Assembly: GCF_009834535.1 (NCBI RefSeq)
Contig: NC_045707.1
Coordinates: 57,724,001-57,788,000, forward strand
Direction of reading: 5' to 3'
DNA length: 64,000 nucleotides
Origin: Camelus ferus
Taxonomy: Eukaryota
In this document: piece by piece, positions 27,501 to 35,650 of the stretch
Layout: the number at the start of each line of letters is the position of its first letter
Numbering within the stretch: the stretch's first letter is position 1
Program-made: the position numbers and the translations under genes
The notes under the pieces: model-generated
Database searches by the model: none
The model's input: only the letters and a program-made list of their open reading frames with translations
What the model was told of the DNA's origin: nothing

Positions 27501-30500
27501 AAGACTTCCATGTTTTCAGGTTCATGTTATTGTACTGTTCAGAGGTGAGAAACAGAGCAAGTGGAGCAGGTTTGATGAAAGGAGATGAAAAGTCAGTTTC
27601 ACTGATGTTAAAGTGTCTGTGGAAAATTCCAAAACGGGTAAGTAGAGGAAAATTAGGTGTCTGGAACTCCTAAGACAAAAGTGGGCTAGACAAACATTTG
27701 AGAGTAATTGGTTTAGGTGTTAAATTAAGGGAAGAAATGGATAAGATCACTCAAATGAATTTAAGAGGGGCCTGGGAAAGACCTGGGAAAGCAAAATTAG
27801 ATAAAGAAATAAATGCCTACAAATGAGATTGATGGGCGTGGGGAAGAAATCAATAAGCAGAGAACAGAGGATTTTTACAGGCAGTGAAAATACTCTGTAC
27901 CATACCAATATGGTAGATACTTATTATTATATATTTGTCCAAACCCATGGAATATACAACACCAAGAGTGAACTATAACATAAAATGTAGCTTTGGGTGA
28001 TTATGATGTGTCAATGTAGGTTCCTGGGTTGTAACAAATTATCACTCTGGGAGGGGTTGTTGATAACGGGGGAGGCTGTCCATGCCTAGAGGCACGGGTA
28101 TACAGGTAATTTCTGTACCTTTTCCTCAATTTTGCTGTGAATCTATAACTTCTATTAAAAAAAAAAGAGAGAGATTGGAAAAATAGAAAGAGAAACAGTA
28201 TCTGGTTTCTAAGAAATATTCAATAAATATTAAACGAATGAAGGAAAGAAGGAATAAATGAATAAAATGAACATAAATAAAAGTGTTATCATGATACATG
28301 TTTGTTTTACATTTACTGACCTTCAAATCATTAAGGCCAGTCCATATTATTATTTGATTCTTTGACCTCAGCTGTAAAAATATAAATTCTTTTTCCTCTT
28401 CATTTTTTATATCCACAAGGTGTGCAGAACTTAGGGATAACTTACAACGTTGCTGGGCTATATTCCACGGCTTAGTCTCTTTGCTAATTCTGTAACAATT
28501 ATTTTTTAACGCTACCCATCTGTATGAACATGAACCTAGCAAAACAAAAATGCTTTGTTAAAGATGAATTCAGCAACATAGCATTCCATAATTGCATTTC
28601 TTAACATCTACAGAAGTTAACTGTGAAAAACCTCATATTAATTGCTCAATTTCCCTATATTTCTCCCAAGCCCATAAAAGTTCTACAGCTGTTATTATTC
28701 AAGTAGTGAATGAATTACTACCAATTAAAATAGTTTTAAAGTAGCTATAAGAATTAATTATGCAGAATTATTGTCTAATTATAACTTAACACAAAACCAC
28801 AGATGCTTTCCTCTCTAAATTACTTTAGGTTCCCTTCCTTTCCCTTACTCTTGAACTGGTGGAGAAATTTTTAAGTATATTTCAAGTTTCTTTTTTATTT
28901 TAGAGAGCTAGACATCATGCTTGCTAAGAATTCTGCTTTCTGCCACTCGACTTTAAATGGGTTCACCTTTCAGAAAAATCTGTAATGACTGCTTAGCCTT
29001 TTCCTCCAAGGCTGCACACCAGACAGGAAAACAGCAGCCTTCTCAGGGTAGAGACGGAACTTCAGCTTATGCTGAAGCCTCAACACTGCCCAGCCCAACA
29101 TGTTAAGAAGATGTGAGGATATTTTCAACTATTGCCTTGTTCTTTCACAAGGGAAGAAGAAGAATGGGGATTACGCATTTCATTACCTGCCTTTTATTAC
29201 AGAAATATTTACAAATATTGTTGTTCATTGATTATTCCTATAGAGGGTATTAAAATGGAACTCCTAGCTCCTCACAGAAAGTGCACTGCCCTCACTAGCC
29301 ATCTACGGTTCTGTCCTCTTCTTGGGTCTTTTCCTACCATGTAGGGGAAGGAACTGGAAAGAAGACACAAAAAAATTGAACACATTCACCTCCTCCTTGC
29401 AGTATTCCAATCTGGGGTCAGGGATGAGTAATGGAGAAGCTTTAAATAGGATGAAAGATTTATATATTTATATATATTTTTTTCCTTCAGTAAAGATAGA
29501 TTTACTTGACTCAGTTTCCTAAAAGAAGTCTCTTTTTAGTGATGTAATCCACTGACACACCATAAACCAACCACTCTGGACTAGGGTATCTTTAAATTCC
29601 AACTTTGTTGCTATGTTTCCAAAAAATAATACAAGCCTGGAGGAGTTAGCAGTCAGTTCTCTGTCTGCTGAGCTATACTCTTCACCTTTTATTATATACG
29701 AGGGTCCAATGCATTCTGGACGTGCTAATGAAAGATTTATATTCTTATATTAGATATTAATGATCTTTTAATATATGAAAAGGAGACTGTTCGTTGATAC
29801 TTTGAAGCCGCCAAAAAGCTTTGGAATCTATTTGAATCATTGGCAGAGTTAAAGCAAAGAGAATGCACTTGGTTCAGTTTAAAAGAAGTGATGGAAGGAA
29901 AATAAAGTTAGTTCTTACCTTTACCCTGCTAAGTCCAGCTTGTTCAATAAATTATTCAAATGTCAGAATAACATAGTTATAAAAGAGGACCATGCTAATT
30001 CATTTACTGGTAGTTTACAGTGGTTAATACTTGGCTGAATCACTTTTTAAAAGAACAATACAACTGTCAAGTTAACTACAAAATACATAATAAATACATA
30101 AATTAATAAACCAAATATCTACATACCCGTTTCAATTTCAACATCCAGTCTCTGAAATGTATTTATAAAATCCAAACCGAACTGTTTAAACTCAAATGTA
30201 AAAACATATAAGGTGGCAGGTTTCAAATTATCCCACTCATAAAACACTGTATTATTTTGCATAATTTGTGAAGAATTATTAAGAGATAGTGACACTAAAA
30301 TGTCATTGGAAGATAGTGCGCTCCAGTTAAAAGACACACTTGTACTTGTTGCTACTGTTTTAATATCTCTCGTTGATACTCCACCTAAAAGATCAGGGAC
30401 AATAATTAGTACAGTTTCAAATAAAACTGAGTGAAACAAAGGATACTGAATTACAAAAGAATCACCATGATGGGAAAACATTAACTATAAAATCTTTCCT

Positions 30501-32424
30501 AGACTTTATAGGAATTTCTTGTGCTCTACTTAGAATGAATGAACTAGATTACAATCCATGTTATAGTATTTTTAAGAATAATCTGGATTATATGTGACAT
30601 CTCCACTATACGTATCCAGTCATATTAGCACACATTAAATGGCAAAACTGAAAATCTTATTCTTACCTGAGTTTATAATTTACTTTAAATTTTGAAATTT
30701 AAATTATAATTTCAAAACTACTACTATCGCAATGTGATTTTTGACAACCATTACATACCTGTTAATCACTGTAAAATTCAAATTATTTGGTAATAAAAAA
30801 ATTTCCTTTTTATAATTAGACAATATAGCTGAACAACACATACATATTACTTACGGGTTTGGAATGACTTTTCACTTAAAATCTGTCCGTATCTTATGGA
30901 CTGTATAATGATGTGGTAGTCTTCATTTTCTTCTAGTGTTATTATTGATTCTGGAAGCTTTCGTGGGTCTGCGAGAATCCTTTTGACAGTCTGTAAATAA
31001 TGAGATTCATCTGCTTAAGAAATGTTTGTTAACTCTGTGTCAGATGTATTATAATTAGAAGTTTGACTTCTGCCCATCTCCTTCATAAGCAGTTTTTCCA
31101 ATATGGAAGGCAAACATACATAAATTATCAATTTTTACATAAAACATTACTTTTTAAATAGTTATTCTCTGTGTAGTACATAATCATTCTGATGAAAAAG
31201 TCAAGTATTATTTTGATCAACTAGTTATTGAAAATATTTCATAAAATGCTAACATTTTATATACTATATTAAAGAAATTTCAATAACTATAAAGATGTGG
31301 CATTTAGTTACAACAAATTTACACTATGCTCAGTGTTTATCGGAGCTAAAAAAAAAGGATGCCTTACTTTTTGAGCAAAGTTATTAACAAGTTGGTATTT
31401 TAAAAAATAAAATTCAGGACTTCCTCCCTTAGGAAATTCATCCCATTCAATAAAAAGGGTTGTTGTTTGTTTATTCATTGGTATACAATGGAAACTTTTT
31501 GAGATCTGAAATGGGAAAGAAAAGTAACTGTAAAAAATTAAAATGCATTCTTGGTTATTATTTTATAAGCAAGTTTACAAAAATGAAACCTAAAATACAC
31601 ATTATAATCGAAAAATTTTTCAGCAATATCGATTTCTACACATGAATTAAATAATATCCATTGGATACTTTATTTGCAAGCATAATTTTGGAAATAAGAA
31701 AGGTAAGTAAAATAAGCAGAGAAATTTAAGATGCATGTTCCTCAAACTAGGAAATACCATGATGCTGGGCTGAGGGAGGAGGAAGAAACTTAAAGTTGCA
31801 GCACACCCTCCAAGCATGTCAAATTGCATACCTTTGATAATGGATACAAAAATGAATTATTTTTCAGACATTGACAAAATGCTTAGAATGAAGTTAAGTT
31901 TGAGTGCAAAATGTTTGACTCTGAGTTATTTTAAAATCTTGCTTCATTTGTAGGTAAACAAATGTTAGCAATTGAGGCAAAATAGACCACATTATAAGAG
32001 AATCTTTCTGTTCCCTAGATGACAAAGACTTCAGCTCTCAAGAGAATGATACATACATTATTCCTATGAAAAACAACCTTAAAATGCCTCACTATACCAT
32101 GTCTTTTACCGAATTCTGATCTCTCTCCCTCCGCTAATTATCCCCAATGCAATTTGTAAGCAGTGAAAACAGATGCAAGCAGGGAAAACAGGTGCCACCA
32201 ATATGCATGTCTTCATGCACCAATTAGCAAAGAAAATTCTTACTAAATCTACTAAACCTAATATTTAGGTTACTTCTCTTCAACATGTCCCTTATGTTCC
32301 AAAATGGATGGACTCAATGCAATAACATCTTGCCCATTAATTATTCCAAAAAGGCTACATTCAAAAAATGTCCTACCTTAACGACATATTGTATCCAGAG
32401 CAGTAGAGTAATTGATTTCTCCAT
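345..32424 (-). CDS. PTPRQ: Multi-exon gene (16 coding exons in window, 3'-incomplete) encoding a leader + FN3 x2 + C-type lectin-like domain + FN3 x7; probable long upstream extension of PTPRQ or an adjacent uncharacterised gene
   Basis: Hand splicing of 16 exons with AG/GT ends and consistent phases gives 2881 nt with no stop. The symbol is inferred only from the OTOGL-PTPRQ synteny and the FN3 array, not from a match to canonical PTPRQ exons. The coding status is well supported; the gene name is not. Confidence 0.55.
3357..3796 (+). mobile_element. Solo ERV LTR
   Basis: Shares blocks (aggattaagtcattagccac; cattaactga...ttgtgacta; gaataaa...ctcaaagctcttaca) with the element at 18582; has AATAAA and ends in ...CA. 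Confidence 0.7.
4015..4880 (+). mobile_element. Degenerate LINE-1 ORF2 fragment (reverse transcriptase N-terminal region)
   Basis: Translates to [13 protein letters not shown] and [21 protein letters not shown]...[14 protein letters not shown]; frameshifted. Confidence 0.92.
4890..5410 (-). mobile_element. LINE-1 5' UTR fragment
   Basis: Ends in ...gggaggaggtgagctcagg..., the reverse complement of the laurasiatherian L1 5' terminus as I recall it. Confidence 0.6.
6962..7059 (-). CDS. Exon, FN3 #9 N-half ([32 protein letters not shown])
   Basis: ttgccctag| ... |gtaaag; 98 nt, phase 1-0. Not in the ORF track. Confidence 0.9.
9360..9466 (-). CDS. Exon, FN3 #8 C-half ([35 protein letters not shown])
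   Basis: atgtgtag| ... |gtaagt; 107 nt, phase 2-1, matching the preceding phase-2 donor. Confidence 0.9.
9922..10072 (-). CDS. Exon, FN3 #8 N-half ([49 protein letters not shown])
   Basis: atgatgtag| ... |gtatga; 151 nt, phase 1-2. Confidence 0.88.
11289..11418 (-). CDS. Exon, FN3 #7 C-half ([43 protein letters not shown])
   Basis: ttttggatag| ... |gtacag; 130 nt, phase 0-1. Confidence 0.88.
11598..11728 (-). CDS. Exon, FN3 #7 N-half ([43 protein letters not shown])
   Basis: ttttgggtag| ... |gtatgt; 131 nt, phase 1-0. Not in the ORF track. Confidence 0.9.
13347..13607 (-). CDS. Exon, FN3 #6 ([24 protein letters not shown]...[14 protein letters not shown]...VKT)
   Basis: atctttcag| ... |gtaagt; 261 nt, phase 1-1. 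Confidence 0.93.
14983..15014. repeat. (TG)n microsatellite
   Basis: Direct reading. Confidence 0.9.
17441..17504 (+). mobile_element. 5'-truncated tRNA-derived SINE with target-site duplication
   Basis: B-box ggttcgatccc, A-rich tail, TSD aaaatgtatt at 17431-17440 and 17505-17514. Confidence 0.8.
18582..19174 (+). mobile_element. Solo ERV LTR (same family as 3357) with a partial second copy at its 3' side
   Basis: TG start, AATAAA, ...CA at ~19062; the block cattaactga..acctgt.cct.gtgactagcagtaa recurs at ~18814 and ~19076. Confidence 0.7.
19830..20099 (-). CDS. Exon, FN3 #5 ([26 protein letters not shown]...[15 protein letters not shown]...QTL)
   Basis: ttcttccaag| ... |gtaaga; 270 nt, phase 1-1. 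Confidence 0.93.
22403..22420 (-). promoter_or_regulatory. Candidate CTCF binding site
   Basis: Minus strand reads GACCTCTAGGGGGCAGT, close to the CTCF core consensus CC(A/G)(C/G)(C/T)AG(A/G)(G/T)GGC(A/G). Confidence 0.45.
22817..23092 (-). CDS. Exon, FN3 #4 ([24 protein letters not shown]...[15 protein letters not shown]...AVT)
   Basis: ttttctactag| ... |gtaagc; 276 nt, phase 1-1. Confidence 0.92.
24616..24921 (-). CDS. Exon, FN3 #3 ([26 protein letters not shown]...[14 protein letters not shown]...VET)
   Basis: ttttttag| ... |gtaagc; 306 nt, phase 1-1; 105-nt intron from the previous exon. Confidence 0.92.
25027..25216 (-). CDS. Exon, C-type lectin-like domain C-half ([11 protein letters not shown]...DCYIL...[14 protein letters not shown])
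   Basis: ttattacag| ... |gtaatt; 190 nt, phase 0-1; WTDGS and C...C....YICE motifs. Confidence 0.92.
27830..28170 (+). mobile_element. Old L1 (L1MB/MC-like) 3' end
   Basis: tttgtccaaacccat...acaccaagagtgaac...tgatgtgtcaatgtagg...caattttgctgtgaa followed by poly(A). Confidence 0.75.
28321..28535 (-). CDS. Exon, C-type lectin-like domain N-half ([14 protein letters not shown]...AQQRC...AHLVDI...IWTGLNDLK)
   Basis: tttgctag| ... |gtcagt; 215 nt, phase 1-0; classic CTLD C..W.....CY, W..A...C, HL..I and WxGL motifs. Confidence 0.92.
30127..30384 (-). CDS. Exon, FN3 #2 ([21 protein letters not shown]...[14 protein letters not shown]...IET)
   Basis: ttttag| ... |gtatgt; 258 nt, phase 1-1; inside ORF 30119..30481. 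Confidence 0.9.
30855..30990 (-). CDS. Exon, FN3 #1 C-half ([45 protein letters not shown])
   Basis: atttacag| ... |gtaagt; 136 nt, phase 0-1; 'L.....Y.I.I.S' FN3 motif. Confidence 0.85.
31368..31505 (-). CDS. Exon, FN3 #1 N-half ([46 protein letters not shown])
   Basis: cccatttcag| ... |gtaagg; 138 nt, phase 0-0; FN3 'I.W..P....Y..Y' pattern. Not in the ORF track. Confidence 0.85.
32377..32424 (-). CDS. Putative first coding exon, signal-peptide-like ([16 protein letters not shown])
   Basis: ttactttccag|ATGG...AAG|gtagga; 48 nt; phase-0 end matches the phase-0 start of the next exon; short hydrophobic core. Confidence 0.6.
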
Positions 32425-33419
32425 CTGGAAAGTAAAGTATGGTAAGCTCAATTAAGGGTGTACATTTTTAGCTTCAAAACTAAACTGTTGGACATTCTTT
32501 CAGTAGTGCGTGTTTCACTTTAATGTCATGTCTTTTCATTTTGCCCTGCTCATCCAACTGAACGTTAAGGCATTAATAAGTAGGTACTCCATAATATTGT
32601 CCACCTAATAAAGCTGGAAACATCAGTACTTTTCAACAAATAACAAACAGCCAAACAACTTGCTTCTAGGAGCTGCCATAATTAAATACAAAGGTGTTAG
32701 AAATAAAATGAATTATCAGGCAATTACACATAATTACACTGCATTGTGTGAAACTATTTAACCTTAACTGATGAAAATTTAGAACACCTACACGCTGCTA
32801 CTTCGTTGGAAGTAATTCCTCATATTTTAAAATTATACCATCGTTATGAAAAATATTTCAAATACGGTAGATAAAATTGAAATTTAAATGGGAAAAACAT
32901 TCAATATTCCTTTCAACTTAATTTGTTTTTAAAATACATTGATCCAAAAAGCTTGTGTAAGTTTTCCCAGGAGCCTTGAATCCCTGGGGTGTAAAGAACT
33001 TTCACATTCAATTTAAGATATATATATTAAAAAAAAAAAAAAGCAAAACCTGTATTTTTTAAAAAATGCTTATTTCTAAAACTGAAAAATATCTTTTTAA
33101 TAGTAAACACGCCCCAGGATCAATTTTAAAGCTCTCTAAAGCCCACTCTAAAGCAGGTTTCTTCCAACAAACTCCTCTGTAGTTCTTATTAAGGAGCGTT
33201 TGCCTCAGATAAAAGGCAACCCAGTAAAAAAGAAATACCCAATCATTCAGTTCATAGACTCCTCCACAAAACAGCAAAGTTTTAACCTTGTTCCTTTTTC
33301 TCAGCCATCTGATGTACGTGTTCCATTTGCAGGGTAGTGGTATTAATTCCGCCCCCCCCCATCTAAGCTTTCAAGTAGAATTTCGAAGGTTTATGTGCGA
33401 TAATGAGAATGCCAAAGTG

Positions 33420-33590
33420 AAGGAAACTATATTCAATAACTTGTAATAACCTATAGTGAAAGAGAATATGAAAAGGAATAAATATGTATAACTGAATTAC
33501 TATGCTTTTACACCAGAAACACAACACTGTAAATCAACTATACTTCAATTCAAAAAAGAAAGAAAGAAACGAAAAAGAAAGAAAGAAAGA
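33420..33590 (+). mobile_element. Short cetartiodactyl-type L1 3' end with (GAAA)n tail
   Basis: actatattcaata...gtaataacct...acaccagaa...aaatcaactatacttcaatt; same family as 43700-44090. Confidence 0.8.
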
Positions 33591-33859
33591 TGGTTTCGAG
33601 ACACCTGGTGGGGGTGGGGGGAGGAGAGAGAAAAAAAAAAAAACAATGCCAAAGTGGAAAGATTGCCCCCGGCTGCCTGATCTTCAACTCCAAATCTCCG
33701 CTCAAATTTACCTGAGAGTCAGCGTTTGCTCCGGGCATGGAGAAAGAGGGCAGCTGCCCCAAGGAGCCAACTTTTGACCAATGGAGAAAAGAGCAGAGTT
33801 TAAAGGAAAGGACTAGGGGGTTAAGAACGGCTATAAGACTGGGGAAAGGAAGAAAAACC

Positions 33860-34330
33860 AGAGACCTGGACGCCAAAGCGTGATGACCCCCTCAGCGGAG
33901 GAGACTGCGGGTGCGCGGCGCCCCTGCGCCCGCCCTGACACGACCCCGACCCCAGCCGCGCTCCCACGCTTGGCGAGTTTCACGCGCCGGGTGCCGGGTG
34001 CGGGCCACGCGGTCCGGCGGGCGCAGAGGCGGCGCGGGGCGCGGCGGCCGAGGCTGCGGGGGCCGCCAGCTCGCGGCTGCTCCTGCTTCTCTTCCCCGCC
34101 CCGCTCCGCGCGCCCTCGCTCCGCTCCGGCTCCCCCAGCCGCGGCCCCGGCGGATTCGCCTTCCCGCCAGCCACGCCCTTCTCTCTCAGATGGGTTAATC
34201 AAGTGGAGGTCTCCATGGAAACAAGGGGAAGGGCGAGGAGTGGGAGGCGAGGCCCAAAACACTGATTTGATATGTGGAGGAGAATTACACTCCAGGGAAG
34301 AAGGGAGGAGAGGGAGGGCGATGCAGGAGA
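33860..34330 (-). promoter_or_regulatory. CpG island, probable promoter / first exon region of the FN3-CTLD gene
   Basis: The only strongly GC- and CpG-rich stretch in an AT-rich window; GC box (ccccgccc, ~34094); ~1.5 kb upstream of the first coding exon; candidate donor CAG|gtaaat at 33712/33711. Confidence 0.75.
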
Positions 34331-34489
34331 GCGCGAGTGGGAAACATGGCCTCTCAGGAGAAACAGAAGTCCACCATGCGGCTGTGAATAATCCTAGTTC
34401 ACCCATGCGTCTGTGTAAGAAGCCGCGTTCTTGTATTAACATGTTGTGTGGTTTGTTTACTTGTCTGTTTTCTGCAGTACTTGACAGTG

Positions 34490-34850
34490 TTGATGGGACC
34501 CTTCCCCCTTCCTGAGACCTTCTCAGTTAGCGTCCCCAACATCACCTCCACCTGGTTTTTCTATCCATTTGCAACTTAAAAATTGGCCCATGGTGACTTT
34601 GTTGCCGACTAGGGTTCTTGGACTCTCATCAGCAGATACTGAGGCCAAGGAGGAGTTCAGGCAAGGCTTTATTGGGACACGTGCTGCAGCCTGAGGGTGT
34701 GAGAACAAGAAACAGGTGCCCTTGCTTATTACCTGAGTGGGGGCAGCGGTGGGGGCAGACAGCCAGGGAGCTGGTTCCTTAAATGGGGTGAGGGCAGATC
34801 AGGTGGGTAAGGGTGGAGCCACGGCCTCTGATGGCCTGCCCACAGGCTTA
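34490..34850 (-). mobile_element. Probable LTR fragment just upstream of the CpG island
   Basis: On the minus strand a TATA-like atttaagg (~34780) precedes AATAAA (~34670); LTR-like composition; boundaries approximate. Confidence 0.45.
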
Positions 34851-35514
34851 AAAACTGAATTATCTTTCTCTCTGGAAAGTATGTGCCATATTTAAGAGTT
34901 GGAACCTCAGTTCAGATCGTACAACTCCATTTACTAGCTGGGCATCTCTGCCAAGTTGATTGTGGTGGAAAGTAAGCTTATAGAGTGCTTAGTATAAAGT
35001 ATAAATACTTAATAGAGTGACAACTAGTGTCAGCTCTCTGTGATGACTGCAAATAAACTCAAAATCAAGCTGCTGAATATGGTCATTTTTTTTGGACAAT
35101 GATAGATATAAGCAGTGTTCCTTTTCAATATCTTCTAATGTTTAAGTGAAGAGAAACAGTTATCATGTTAGTAAATCTTAAAAGGCCAGTGGGAGTTTCT
35201 CTTTTAAATACAAACATCATTCTTTTAAAATCTGGGCTACAAATTCCACTTTAATCACAACATAGACTCCTTAACTTAAGCTAATCAGTTTTCTGTTTTT
35301 CTCTTCTATTAAGTGTTACCATGTTTAAGGTTGATATTATTCAACACGGCTAATCCTACAGAAAAAAATGCAAAGAACGAGTAGAATTGTCTATGAATTA
35401 CTTAAAGTAATAAAATTTAATACTTTGAGATAACACTGATTTTTTTTAATTCCATCTGCCAAAATTGTTTCTCTAAGGACTTCACTCTCTCCTTAAATAT
35501 AAAAATGAAGGTAG

Positions 35515-35650
35515 GAAGAGGGTATAGCTCAGTGGTAGAGTGTGTGCTTAGCACACATGAGGTCCAGGGTCCTGGGTTCAATCCCCAGTAACTCCACTTA
35601 AAAAATAAACAAACCTAATTACCTCACCTCACCAAAAAATAAAGAAAAAA
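35515..35650 (+). mobile_element. tRNA-derived SINE (camelid-type)
   Basis: A-box tagctcagtggtagag, B-box ggttcaatccc, then aaacctaattacc and an A-rich tail. Confidence 0.85.

Noticed and set aside
31832..32220. Alternative hydrophobic leader exons (e.g. [17 protein letters not shown]..., [15 protein letters not shown]...)
   Set aside because: They end in the wrong phase for the phase-0 acceptor at 31505 or hit stops before a donor; 32377-32424 fits better.
33831..34515. Long overlapping ORFs (203 aa minus, 211 aa plus)
   Set aside because: Low-complexity Arg/Pro/Ala/Gly translations expected from stop-poor CpG-island DNA; no domain signature.
35521..35590. tRNA-like sequences (also 50205-50270)
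   Set aside because: They have A and B boxes but degenerate stems, SINE tails and multiple copies, so they are SINEs, not tRNA genes.
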